This document shows, piece by piece, positions 1 to 10,972 of a stretch of 64,000 nt of DNA. The stretch lies in assembly GCA_963802675.1 (NCBI GenBank), contig CAWDJL010000008.1, positions 392,041-456,040 on the forward strand, given 5' to 3'. Positions within the stretch are counted from its first letter, which is position 1. Each line of letters opens with the position of its first letter. This DNA is from an uncultured Acidobacteriota bacterium. GTDB taxonomy: Bacteria > Acidobacteriota > Vicinamibacteria > Vicinamibacterales > UBA2999. A program made the translations under genes and the position numbers. The notes under the pieces were generated by a model. The model ran no database searches. It saw only the letters and a program-made list of their open reading frames with translations, and was not told the origin of the DNA.

Positions 1-279
1 GAGTGCGGTGGCGGCGAGCCAAGACGTATTGAGGAGGACCAGCGCGAGCAGCAACGTGAGGGCAGCGCTTGCCCAGGCGGCCCTCTGGTCGGCAGAAGTT
101 CTCAGTCGGAAACTGTGAATCAACTCGGCGCCGACGCCGCCGAGCAGGAGGAAGCCCGACATGCGATCCGGCTCGGCTGCCCACAAAGGCGTCAGGAACG
201 CGGCCGTCGCCAGCGCGCCACTGAAAAAGGCAAGCGCCGGCCTCTGGGTGCGCCAAGCGGATCCGTCGGATGCTGGCAT
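1..279 (-). CDS. partial hypothetical membrane protein (N-terminal part; gene continues past the window start)
   Basis: My own translation of the minus strand from ATG 279 stays open to position 1: MPASDGSAWRTQRPALAFFSGALATAAFLTPLWAAEPDRMSGFLLLGGVGAELIHSF...LLLALVLLNTSWLAATAL. It has hydrophobic helices. It is absent from the ORF track because it has no stop inside the window. Confidence 0.3.
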   Translation of the reverse strand, partial: MPASDGSAWRTQRPALAFFSGALATAAFLTPLWAAEPDRMSGFLLLGGVGAELIHSFRLRTSADQRAAWASAALTLLLALVLLNTSWLAATAL

Positions 280-604
280 GCGTGTGGATTATCGCCGCAC
301 GTTAGGCAGGTTTGAACTGCGCGCGCCAACTGCGGCTTGATCGTCGTCAGGCTCCAAGCAACTTGCTCGGGCCTAGCGGATTGGTCTGACCAGCAGGGTT
401 GGCGGTCCCATCGCGTGCCCGCGGCCGTCGAGATTCTGCTGCCAGATCGCTGTGGCACCCATATGGAGTGCCGCAGTCAACGCATGCTGCAACTGCGCGA
501 AGACGTCGGAGACGGCTGTGTCGGTGCGGGCGTCCACCAGCGTGTACCCGGCGATAAACGAGCCTCGCAAGATGATTTCGGCGGGCATCCGGTCAGATTG
601 TCGG

Positions 605-1793
605 TCAGGTTTCGAGCGTTGTCATCAGTGAAATCAACTTCTCCGCTGACCGCCCCGGTTCACTAGCGCGACGCGCAGGAGCGCGGTACCCCTGTCGTGC
701 CCGAACCTGGCGATGTCCGTCGACGGTCACCGAAATCTCGCGCCAGGTATCATCGCGCGCGGCGTTGGTCGGTTGATACGCGAGCACGTACTGATTCGAC
801 AACTCGTCGAGCAGTTCACGGAACGCATCGTCGAGCGCGCTGATGCTGTCGGTCGAGAAGGCGCGGCCACCCGTCGGACGCGACAGGCGTTCCATGAGCG
901 TCGTCAGCGGCCTTGCTGGTCACGGCCTGACCTTGACCGATCATGTAAAGGGCGAGGTCGCTTCCCTGCAGCAACCGCTCCACCTCGGCAAACGTCGCGT
1001 TACTGCCTTGATCTTCGCCGTCCGTAAAGACGACGAGGGCCTTCCGGCCTGGTTGTGACTCCAGCGTTTCGGCGCCAAGCAGGATGGCGTCATACAAAAC
1101 CGTTGATCCCCAAGCCGTCAATCGCTCCACGGCCTGCAGCCGTTCAGTCAAATCAGCCGTCCTGCGCGCGATCACGAACACGTCCTCGTTGAAGCCGAGG
1201 AGCGTCACGCGATCGCGGGGGGGCACGGCGGCCAGGAAGGTCGAGACGCTGCGTTTCAGGGTCTGGATCGCGGGCCTGATGCTCGCACTGTTGTCGACCG
1301 CGACCACGAGCTCGAGCGGTGCGCCTTCGGCGTAGAACTGCGAAATCTTCTGCGGTTGACCGTCCTCTTTGATCTGAAACGCGGACTGCGGCAGTCCCTT
1401 GACGTACCGGCCGCGGTCATCGGTCACCGAGACCGTCACCTGAACGGCATCGACGTCAACCGTCTCAGCGAACGCAATCTCCGTGGTGCGGGCGTTACGC
1501 ACGATGCGCCCGCCAGCGGACAGGGTTACGACCAGGCGAACGTGGTGCGCGGCGATCGACGGGCCGGCATCCCACTCACAGTCGAAGGGAGGCTTCGTCG
1601 TCGTGCACACCTGGATGCCATCGGCGAAGAACATTACGCTCGATGCGAGGCTCGACGGCTCCACCTTCGCCCGCAGCATCGTGGCGCCGGTGACGATCGA
1701 TCCATCGACCGGCGAAAGGATTTCGACCTGCGGTGTCGTCGAGGCATAGGACGTCGTGGCCAGGACGAGGGTCAACAGTGTGCGTGTGAACAT
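605..1793 (-). CDS. secreted VWA-domain protein (acidobacterial VWFA/TIGR03436-like), one frame break near 915
   Basis: Track ORFs 816..1793 and 605..895 are two halves of one protein. Signal peptide MFTRTLLTLVLATTSYAS; VWA core LVVAVDNSASI...ALVVFTDGEDQGS; tail RPTGGRAFSTDS...LSNQYVLAYQP. Confidence 0.75.
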
Positions 1794-1795
1794 GA

Positions 1796-4440
1796 TCAGC
1801 GCCCCCGACGGCTGATGGGTTCAAGTGCCAGCGGCCCATTGAACGTCGCCGCCGCGACATAGTCTTCAATGCGCTCCCGCGAAACGCTCTGCGCGCCTCG
1901 AATGAAGGTCAGCCAATCATCCGGATTCGACGGTGACACCTGATCGACATACTCCTGAACTGCGGAGGCGAGGACCGCCTTGGCAAGCGCCGCCGGCAAC
2001 CCCAGGTCGCGCAGGGTGACGACCACGTGCAAATTCAGGTCGGCGACGGTCGTCGCGAGCAAACCAAGATGTGGCCGCCCGACTCGCGTGGCCCAGAAAC
2101 CAGGCAGTGGCATCTGGAGGCAGATACACCCGGTCACGTTCACGGCAGACATTCCCCAGTGGTTCAGATCGAGGTCGCCGCCGCCGCCCAGATGGAGCAG
2201 ATCGGTCATCGAGAACAGCGAGGCCACGCGCTGCGGGTCGTGAGTCACGGTCCAGCCGAGCGCGCGCGCGCGCCACCCGTCCATAGCGGTTTCACGGACC
2301 ACGGCGTTGAGGTCGGGACTGGCCGGGCCGAGCGCCGCCACGCGGCGCTGACCGCGGCCAACGGCGCCCGCGATGGCATCACGCGCGGAGTCCTGCAGGG
2401 TGAAAGGATTCATCAGCGCCAGGCTCGTGACGAACGTCTCACGCTCTGGCGAGTTCATCGAGGGAGCAGTCGCCAGCGCATCACGGTTGATCCGGCGCAG
2501 GGCGAGCGGCGCGAGCGCAATGTCGAGACCAAGAGCCGCGCCCTCGATGTGCCAGGGCACGCCAGGGTTCGACACCAGTTTCGGCAGCGCCCAGGCTTGA
2601 CGCGTGCGTCGGTCACGAGCCATCCAGCCGAATCCAAAGTCGTGTCGTTGCGACACGTCGTGCAACTTCGCGGCGCCACCACGTGAATTCCATTCGGCGG
2701 CATACGCCAATGACAGCAGCGACTTGGCCAGCCCGATATCGACCTGTTCCAAGAGACCCCGCGCAGCCACCTTCTGCGCGGCGCGGTGAAGGTCGAGCGC
2801 GGCATCGACCGAGAAGTCGCGTTCGGTGGTGCGGAGTCGGCGAAGGCGCTCAGTTTCAGACGTCACGAGATCGAACACGTGGGGCTGCCCTTCCCACGAC
2901 ACGCGGCTCGGTGGCAGCGACTCGCGCGCACCGGCCAGCGCTTCGATCACAACCTCATCGAAATTCGGCGCACCACCGAGGGCCCTGCCAAGCTGGTCTT
3001 GCAGCCACGGCGCCATGGCGCCGAGGTACCCTCGTTCCGCATCGATCGGCACGGCTGCCAGCGAGCCCAGCAGCGCCTCGGCCTGAGCTGGATCGATCCT
3101 CTTCACCCGCACCAGGCGATCGAGCATGGCAATCGCGCCCTGGAACTGCGCGAGCGCGGCAGGCCCACGTTCAACGCTGAGCATCGAAAGCCGTTGCGCG
3201 TGGCGGGCGAGGGCGGCGTACACCGCAGGTCGCGCGACGCCGATGCGTTCCAGCGTCAGCATCAACATCCGGTTTGATGGAAACGCGGCCACGGACACGA
3301 GCGCGTCGGGCAATGCCGCAGGATCCGCCCTGGCGAACGCCCGCTGGCCGAACGCGAACTGATCGTGCCGATCGGATCGACGCTGCAGGCGCCCCAACAC
3401 CACGGCCTCCGCGAGCCAGGCCGCGTCAATCACTCGGCTGCTGTCGAGTCGCTCGTGTGCGCCCGCAGAATCGCGTGGCGGATTGGAGGCCTCGAACGCG
3501 TGAGTCCAGAACGCCCGCGAGGCGGGAAAGCTGGGCGCCCCCATCGGATCCACACGCACGCGAGAAAACATCGACATGAGGTCATGCCACGGCCGCGCGA
3601 ACGGGTATGCCCTGACATCCCACTCGGGGTGGGCTGAGGTCGCCACCGCAACGAGCGCTCGGAAACGCTCGGCCCGGACTCCTCGGTCCTCGATCCAGGA
3701 ACCAAGCGCAAACGCGGCGCGGGATGGATCGAGGTGCCCAATGACGTCGTAGAGGAACGCGAGCCGCCCTTCGCTTCTCCCGATTAGCTGGCGCACGAAC
3801 GCCTCGGGCTGACTGGCGCTCACATTCAGAACCGCTTCCCACAACGGCACTGCAACTGGGCCACCCGGCGGCACCACACGACCGTCGTGAATGCGAAGGT
3901 GAGCCGTGAGCGTAGCAAAGACAGGTGCGCCCACCTCATAAAGCCAGGTGACCAGGGCAGGGTGATCAGCCAAGAACCCCAGCGTCTCATCGTCCAATGC
4001 AGCGAGACCGTGGGCGACCAGCGCCGCCGCCGGGTCAGACATCACGGCCGCGAAGAGTTCGGTGGGCATCACGGGTCGTCGAAACACCGCCTGACTCCAA
4101 ACCGCTGCGGACAACGGCATCGGCACGTACTCGGACGCGAGCGGCAGTGCCTGCAGCACCTGCGGCACCTGCGGCACCACCGGACCTGCGCCCTGAGGTA
4201 TGCGAGAAGTCGGAGAGCCCTCGAGTCCTTCGCGTCGCGGCGTAGTCTGGGATCCTCGTACACGAGACGCACCACCTCGGTGATGCATCGTGCACGGTCA
4301 GGAACCTCGATTCCGAGCGCGCGAGCCAGTGCGGTCAAGCCACCGGGAACCGGCACATCCTCGCTGCTTCGACCGGGCGATGCCGCAGCCAACCGGGGCA
4401 GCACCACGAGGACGATCGCACACACAAGCGTCCTCAGCAT
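1796..4440 (-). CDS. large secreted hypothetical protein (about 880 aa), one frame break near 4190
   Basis: ORF 4069..4440 supplies the Sec signal MLRTLVCAIVLVVLPRLAAASP. It joins ORF 1796..4288 inside a 9-nt tandem (ccgcaggtg ccgcaggtg ctgcaggca). No recognisable domain. It ends 2 nt before the VWA gene start. Confidence 0.6.
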
Positions 4441-4491
4441 TGCCTTGCGGAACGATCTGGGAGGGTCCGCTGCTGCTCATGCCAGAGGCCC

Positions 4492-5442
4492 TCAGAAGAT
4501 GGCGAAGTTGACGACGACCGTGATGATGACGGCGACGGGCGCACCGTTCATCCGCGCCGGCAGGAATTCCCACTGGCGAACCGCTTCGAGGGCGGCCTCA
4601 TCAAGCTGAGGGATCGAACGAATCACCCGTGCGCCTGCCACTTTCCCGTCGACGCCGACCGTGGCTTCCACAACAACGGTGCCGCGCGCTTGGTCGGAGA
4701 GCGCCCCCGCCGGATAGACCGGCTTTACGTCTTTGATCTTCTGCGGCGGCTGGATACCGGGGCCCAGGCGCAATGCTCCCGTTGATCCTGTGCCAGAGCC
4801 CGATCCTCCTTCGAAGCGTCCGCCAGCCACACCACCGACAGCCCCACCGCCGACTCCCCCCTCGATTCCTCCCGGCACCCCGTTCTCGGCCCCCTCTGCC
4901 CCGCCCTCGTTCCCGGTTTCGGGCGCAACGTCCGAGGGTGCCTCGAGCGGCGCGGGTACCGGTGCGGCGGCGAGAGGTGGAGGGGGCGGCGGCGGTGCGG
5001 GCGTGGCCGCGACCTTGGGGACGGAGGGCGCGGCGGCGCGCGTCGCTGCTTCGGGAGTCGACGCCACCCCTAAGACCGGCAGCATGGCGACCATCGCCGG
5101 CATCGCGAGTGACGGGCCAACTCGGACTGGCGGCAACGGATTTGACTGCGAGAGGGCGACGACAACCAGGCCGATCAAGCAACTGGCGTGCGCCGTCATC
5201 GAGGTGCCGCAGGCCGCTCGAATCTCGGGCTGACGCGCTTCAACGAAGAGCTGGTCGCTGAACCATTCGCGGCCGCCCCCACGGGTGGTCGCCTCGCTTT
5301 CGGGTCGCTGGCGCCACGGGGTCCGCTTGCGCGCGCGCACTGGCGACTGCCGCCGAACCGCGACGATGTCGGGTGGAACCAGGATATGGCGGTCACCAGC
5401 CCAGGCGGCGGGTTGACCAGGGCTCCGAGGTTTAAGGCTCAT
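4492..5442 (-). CDS. TonB-family energy transducer
   Basis: C-terminal TonB domain KPVYPAGALSDQARGTVVVEATVGVDGKV...ALEAVRQWEFLPARMNGAPV. Pro/Gly-rich linker PAPPPPPPPLAAAPVPAP. TM helix CLIGLVVVAL. The true start is uncertain. Confidence 0.8.
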   Translation of the reverse strand: MSLKPRSPGQPAAWAGDRHILVPPDIVAVRRQSPVRARKRTPWRQRPESEATTRGGGREWFSDQLFVEARQPEIRAACGTSMTAHASCLIGLVVVALSQSNPLPPVRVGPSLAMPAMVAMLPVLGVASTPEAATRAAAPSVPKVAATPAPPPPPPPLAAAPVPAPLEAPSDVAPETGNEGGAEGAENGVPGGIEGGVGGGAVGGVAGGRFEGGSGSGTGSTGALRLGPGIQPPQKIKDVKPVYPAGALSDQARGTVVVEATVGVDGKVAGARVIRSIPQLDEAALEAVRQWEFLPARMNGAPVAVIITVVVNFAIF

Positions 5443-5617
5443 GTCGAGGTCGTCCTGATGTCAGTAATCTAGACGGCCCGACTGGGTGAATTCGGTAGGA
5501 GATTCGTGGGATTCCCATGGGATTACGCTTCAGGCGGGGCCGTCGCATTACCGGGTAGTATTCAGGGCAATCGCGGCAACCCAGTCAGCCGGTAATCGTT
5601 GTGCAGGAGATCCTTCG

Positions 5618-6007
5618 ATGGCGACGTTGATTCGCATTGCTGTGGTGACCACGCTCATGTCGTTCAGCGCGACGGCCGGTTGGCTCGTCGCGCAAAACAG
5701 TTTCGGTACGCCGAAGACAATCATTCACGTGTCGGTGATCCAGTGGAAAGAGGGCGTATCGGCGGCCGATAAGAAGCAAGTCCTCGACGGCGTGAAAGAG
5801 ATGGCCGCGAAGATCCCCGGTATCAAGAACGTCTGGACCAAGGCCCTCCGCGTGCAACCGCAGGGCTATCACGACGCATTCGTGATCGAGTTCGAAAACC
5901 AGGCCGCCGCAGATCGCTACGCGAAGGATCCGGTGCACGACGCGTGGACGGAAGCCTTTACCAAGATACGCGAGGCGAGCCTCTCACCGCAGATCACGAA
6001 CGATTGA
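5618..6007 (+). CDS. secreted Dabb (stress-responsive alpha/beta barrel) domain protein
   Basis: ATG 5618 follows AGGAGA at 5605..5610. Signal MATLIRIAVVTTLMSFSATAG. Dabb-like core IIHVSVIQWKEGVS...HDAFVIEFENQAAADRYAKDPVHDAW. Confidence 0.75.
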   Translation: MATLIRIAVVTTLMSFSATAGWLVAQNSFGTPKTIIHVSVIQWKEGVSAADKKQVLDGVKEMAAKIPGIKNVWTKALRVQPQGYHDAFVIEFENQAAADRYAKDPVHDAWTEAFTKIREASLSPQITND

Positions 6008-6061
6008 CGGCGACAAAGGGCTGACAGCCAGCGGCCAGAGGCGCATAGAGCCCCTTCTCGC

Positions 6062-6866
6062 ATGAGCATCGCGCTCGATCCGCCCACCGGGTGTCACAAC
6101 TGCGGCGCCGTCCTGCGGGGCCGGTTTTGCGGAGACTGCGGCCAGCAGAATCGGCCGCTCGACCCGACGCTGGGTGAAGTCGTCGGCGAAGTCGCGCGCG
6201 AGATCTCCGATCTCGACGGGCGAATCGTCCGCTCCGTCCGGCACCTGTTCTTCGCGCCGGGCTTCCTCACAACGGAACACTTCCGGGGTCGGCGAGTCGC
6301 GTGGATTGACCAATCGACTCTACCTGGTCTTCAGCGTGGTTTACTTCGCGATCGTCTCGTTGACGGGCGTCTCGCCATTGAACTTCAACCTTCGCCTCAC
6401 CGGAGACACCGACGCAGAAGCCCGACAAGCGGTTCAAGAGCTGGGGTTTGCGAGTGAACAGGACATGCGACGAACGGCGAATGAGGCGCTGACCACGTGG
6501 ATCCCTCGCGCAATGTTTGTCCTCATCCCGATCTTCGGATGGCTGCTGTCGCGCGTTCGACGTGGATCGGAACACCAGTACCCGCATCATTTGATTTTTT
6601 CGTTGCATGTGTTCGCCGCGTTCTTTGGCGTCCAGGCTCTGAGCGTGGGCATCAGCTATTTGGCTGGAAACGAGGCCGTATCGGCGTTGCTGGGAATTGG
6701 CACCGTGGCGTTCGCCGTGATCTACATGGTCGTCGCGCTCCGCGTGGTCTACGGCGGCACCGTGATTCGTGCGTTGGTGCACACGGTCTTCGTGCTGTTC
6801 TTCTACTGGCTTGGAGCCATCATCGCGACCGCCGTGATTATCGTTCCGGTTGTGTTCTGGAGGTGA
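6062..6866 (+). CDS. DUF3667-like zinc-ribbon membrane protein, one frame break near 6305
   Basis: N-terminal CHNCGAVLRGRFCGDCGQ zinc ribbon (ORF 6062..6457) continues in ORF 6174..6866 (RLYLVFSVVYFAI plus several TM helices). Confidence 0.65.
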
Positions 6867-6942
6867 TGAGTGCGAGTGCATTTCGTCAACCCCAGCAACA
6901 CCTGACATCCCGCGAGGTCCCCGCGCAGGCTACACTGCGCCG

Positions 6943-8908
6943 ATGAACGCGCGTACGCCCTGCGACCTCCTGCTCACCAACGCGCACGTCCTGACGCTGG
7001 ACGAACAGTTCAAGGTGCACGCGCCGGGATCGGTCGCCATCAACGCGGGCGCGATTGTCGCCGTTGGCGACGTCGAGGCGGAGTTCGAACCGCGAGAGAC
7101 CGTTGACTGCAAAGGGCGAGTGGTGATGCCGGGGTTTGTGAATGCGCACACCCACGCACCGATGACGCTCCTTCGTGGACTGGCCGACGACCTGCGCCTC
7201 GACGTCTGGCTGATGGGATACATGATGCCGGTCGAGCGCGAGTTCGTGCGGCCCGACTTCGTCGCGCTCGGGACACGGCTTGCCTGCGCGGAAATGATTC
7301 GGTCCGGCACAACGTGTTTCGCAGACATGTACTACTTCGAAGAAGCCGTGGCCGAAGCCACGGCGGCGACCGGTCTGCGCGCGCTTTGTGCCCAGACGGT
7401 GCTCAAGTTTCCGTCGCCTGACGCGCGCCAGCTTCGAGGACGCCCTGGCCCGTGCCCGCGAATTCATCGCGCGCTGGAAGGGGCACCCACTGATCCTCCC
7501 GTCGGTCGCACCGCACGCCCCCTACACCTGCACCACGGAAATTCTCAGGTCGTGCGCAGAGCTGGCCTGCGAATTCGATGTGCCGCTGCACATTCACCTG
7601 GCGGAAACGGCGTTCGAGGTCGAGCAGTCCCGGAGCGAGCATGGCATGCCGGTCGTGCCGTGGGTCAAGAAACAGCGGCTGTTCGACGCGCGGGTGCTGG
7701 CGGCCCACTGCGTGCACGTGGACGAGGGAGAGATCCGGACGCTCAAGGAGTCCGGCGCCGGGGTCGCACACAATCCAACGAGCAATCTGAAGCTGGGATC
7801 AGGTGTGGCACCGGTGACGGCGATGCTCGATCTGGGCATCGCCGTCGGCGTCGGCACCGACGGCACCGCTTCGAACAACGATCTCGACATGTTCGAGGAG
7901 ATGCGACTGGCGGCGCTCCTCGCCAAAGGCACTTCCGGGGACCCCACGGCGCTGCCAGCGCGTCAGGCCGTGGCCATGGCCACGCGCATTGGCGCGCGCG
8001 CCGTGCATCTTGGCGACCTCACCGGCTCGCTCGAGCCGGGCAAGCGCGCCGATCTCATTGTCGTTGACCTCGACCAGTCGCACAACGTGCCGCGATTCGG
8101 CCGCGATCCAAATGCCATCTACGCCCAGCTGGTCTATGCGTCGAAGGCGTCCGACGTGGTCGATGTCATGTGCGACGGTCGCTGGCTGATGCGCGAGCGT
8201 CGTCTGCTCACCCTCGATGAACCCGCACTCCGGGCACAAGCCGGCGACCTGGCACGAAGAATCGATTGGTTCCTGATACAACGCGAGCAAAGTGTCTTGC
8301 AGAAGCTGATCGCCATCGGCGGCGCCGCGGAGCAGGAGAGCTTCGAGGTCCAGGTCAAGGCTCGCCTCGAATCGGCTGAAAGCGTGCTGCAGGCCCTGGC
8401 CAGCGAGGAAATTACCGTTATTCGTGCCGTGCACTACCACCAGTACGACACGTATTTCTTCTTCGCCGATCCAAGCCAGGGACGCTTACGGTACCGGGAA
8501 GACGAGGTGCTGGACGAACAGAACGCCGTCACGAACGCTCGGTCGCGGCTGACACTGACCGGTCCGTCCCGAGAAGCGGCGTTTGGCGCGGTGCTGCTGT
8601 TTCGCTCTCGGTACTTGGCGCCGGCGACGCACTCGCCCCGCTTTTACCGTGAGTACTTCAAACCGCAGAGAGAGCGCGAAATCGAGAAGGACCGCCGGCG
8701 CTGGCGGGTTGGATATCGTGGCGCCCAATTCTGGGTGCATATCGATCGCCTGCTGAACCCAGCCGCCGAGGGTTACTTCCTCGAAGTAAAGTCCCGCACG
8801 TGGTCGAGGCGTGATGCGCAGGACAAGGCGGCCATCATTACCGAGCTGTTGGAGCGGCTCGGCGCACGAAGCAACGCAATCGTCGAGGAGGATTACGTCG
8901 AGCTCTGA
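6943..8908 (+). CDS. MTA/SAH-deaminase-like amidohydrolase fused to a C-terminal CYTH/CyaB-like domain, one frame break near 7432
   Basis: Amidohydrolase motifs PGFVNAHTHAPMTLLRG, HIHLAET and GTDGTASNND. The last ~210 aa carry CYTH-like strands FEVQVKARL...YFLEVKSRTW. The two halves are ORFs 6850..8067 and 7388..8908. Confidence 0.75.
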
Positions 8909-8960
8909 AACTAGCGAAGCTCCGCCTCAAACCGCTGGAAGAGCTAGGACCCCCAACGAG

Positions 8961-10819
8961 ATGGTTCCACCAGAGACCGGGCACCAGGAAAGTGCCATCC
9001 CCATCGCCAGACGGCTGGCCCGCAAGACCGAGTTCTTCCCTCTGGCCTGGCATGGCGCGCGGACGGAAGAGCGTATGCCCATGGTCGGGTGGTACGACCC
9101 GGTGCAGTTCTGCTCGACCGGGTTGAAGAGCCTGGTGTCATTGTTCGTCGGCGAGCGCAGCGACCGGCGCATCGTGCAGGCGCTCGCCGCGCGACGCCAG
9201 GAGTACTACGACCACACGATTCACTACCGGGATGGCGGGCGCGGCCCGCAGCCCATGAAAGATCGAGCGCGCGACGAACTCTGGATCGACTTCGTCTGCG
9301 ACACCGGCGATGGGTGGAATCCGACCTATGCCGTTGCGTACGCCGCCGCCCAACGTTCGCTGCAGGTCGTGGGTCCGGAGGGGACCGTCGATCTGCCTCG
9401 CGCCGACCTGTTGATTTTCGGCGGCGACGAAGTGTATCCGACCGCAAGCCGAGAAGAGTACCAGCGCCGACTCGTGGCCCCGTACGCCGCTGCGTTCGGC
9501 GACGATGTGCCGGCCGAACGTCCCCACGTGTACGCCGTGCCCGGCAACCACGACTGGTACGACGGGCTGTCGTCCTTCACGCGGCTCTTCTGCTCGGACA
9601 TCGGCGGTCGACGCTTTGCCGGGTGGTGGACACGGCAGCGGCGGAGCTACTTCGTCCTCAAGCTGCCTCACGGGTGGTGGCTGGTCGGCAGCGACGGTCA
9701 ACTTCAGAGCGACTTGGATGTGCCGCAGATGGAGCACTTCCGCGAGATTGCCGCCCGCTACATGAAAGCGGGGGACAAAGTGATCCTCTGCCTGTCGCTG
9801 CCGGTCTGGGTGCACGCCGAAAAGTACCGGAACATGGATCGCGTGTTCGATGAGACGGACCTGATCTTCCTGCGCGAGGAGGTGTTTGCCAGGCGCGGTA
9901 TCGACGTAAAGGTGTATCTCGCCGGCGACCTGCACCACTATCGCCGCCATGAGGAGACCGCCGAGTCCGCTGGCACGGCGCAGCCCGTGCAGAAGATCAC
10001 AACCGGTGGTGGAGGCGCTTTTCTGCACCCCACACACGAGGACGACTTCTCGTTGCTCGTCGAGGAGGCCGTCACCGACACGGCGAAGGCTCGCAGCTTC
10101 GGAGTGAAGGCCACGTATCCCGACATGAAACGGTCCGCCCGCCTCGCCTGGGGCAACCTCCTTTTCCCGTTCAAGAATCCACGGTTCGGCATCGTGCCGG
10201 CGACGTTCTATCTGCTCACGTGCTGGCTCGTGGGCTCCGCTGTCGACGTTGCGGTGCCGACCACGCCGTTGCGGGCGCTCCGAGTGACGCTGGATGCCTT
10301 TGGCGACCACCCGGGGCTCGCGCTCTGGACGATTGGCGTGGTGATGTGCTTTCTGGCCTTCACCGACACACACAGCAGAACGTATCGGGCCATCGGCGGG
10401 CTCACCCATGCGGTCGCACACTTCGCGGCGACGTTCTACGTCGGGTGGGGGGCGGTCGCTCTCGCCGAGCGGTTGGTCCCCCCGACGGCTTCCTGCGCGC
10501 AGTGACGGCCGCCGGCGCAATCTTTGCCGGCGGCTGGGTCGTGGGCTCGCTCGTCGTCGGTCTGTATTTGTTGATCTCACTCAACGTGTTCGGCCGGCAC
10601 AGCGAAGAAGCGTTCAGCGGCCTGCGGATCGAAGACTACAAGCACTTCCTCCGGCTCCACATCGACCGCCGCGGCATTCTGACCATCTGGCCGATCAAGA
10701 TCGAGCGCGTGCCGCGTCGCTGGCGCAGCCGGGGGCCCGCCGATCACACAGCCTCGCGTTACGTGCCGGACGCTCGCATGGCGGTCGAATTGATCGAACC
10801 TCCGATCGTGGTGCGTTAG
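8961..10819 (+). CDS. calcineurin-like metallophosphoesterase with a C-terminal membrane domain, one frame break at a C6 run (10478..10483)
   Basis: Motifs GDEVYP, VPGNHDWYDG, GDLHHYRR and GGGGAFLHPTH. Hydrophobic helices lie after residue ~470. The tail continues in ORF 10220..10819 (GAIFAGGWVVGSLVVGLYLLISL...). Confidence 0.7.
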
Positions 10820-10855
10820 TGACGTGTATCAGTTGATTCGGTAGCGCGCGTCGAT

Positions 10856-10940
10856 CTTCCGGCTAAAGCCGGAAGCCACGAGGCACAACAAACATCGCGT
10901 GTCGCAACCATTTCGCGTGGCTTCCGCCTTCAGGCGGAAG
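10856..10940 (-). repeat. bipartite double-hairpin REP-like element, copy 1 (inverted orientation)
   Basis: cttccggctaaagccggaag-ccacg-N35-cgtgg-cttccgccttcaggcggaag. It lies between two convergent gene ends. An ATCAGTTGAT box sits at 10828..10840. Confidence 0.9.
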
Positions 10941-10972
10941 TCCTGGTGGTGGAGTTACCTGTGACGTCACTT

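Noticed and set aside
373-588. A 71-aa minus-strand ORF just downstream of the VWA gene (MPAEIILRGSFIAGYTLVDARTD...).
   Set aside because: It could be real because it sits 17 nt after the VWA stop on the same strand. However, it has no recognisable motif and there is no way to test conservation here, so I did not list it as a feature.
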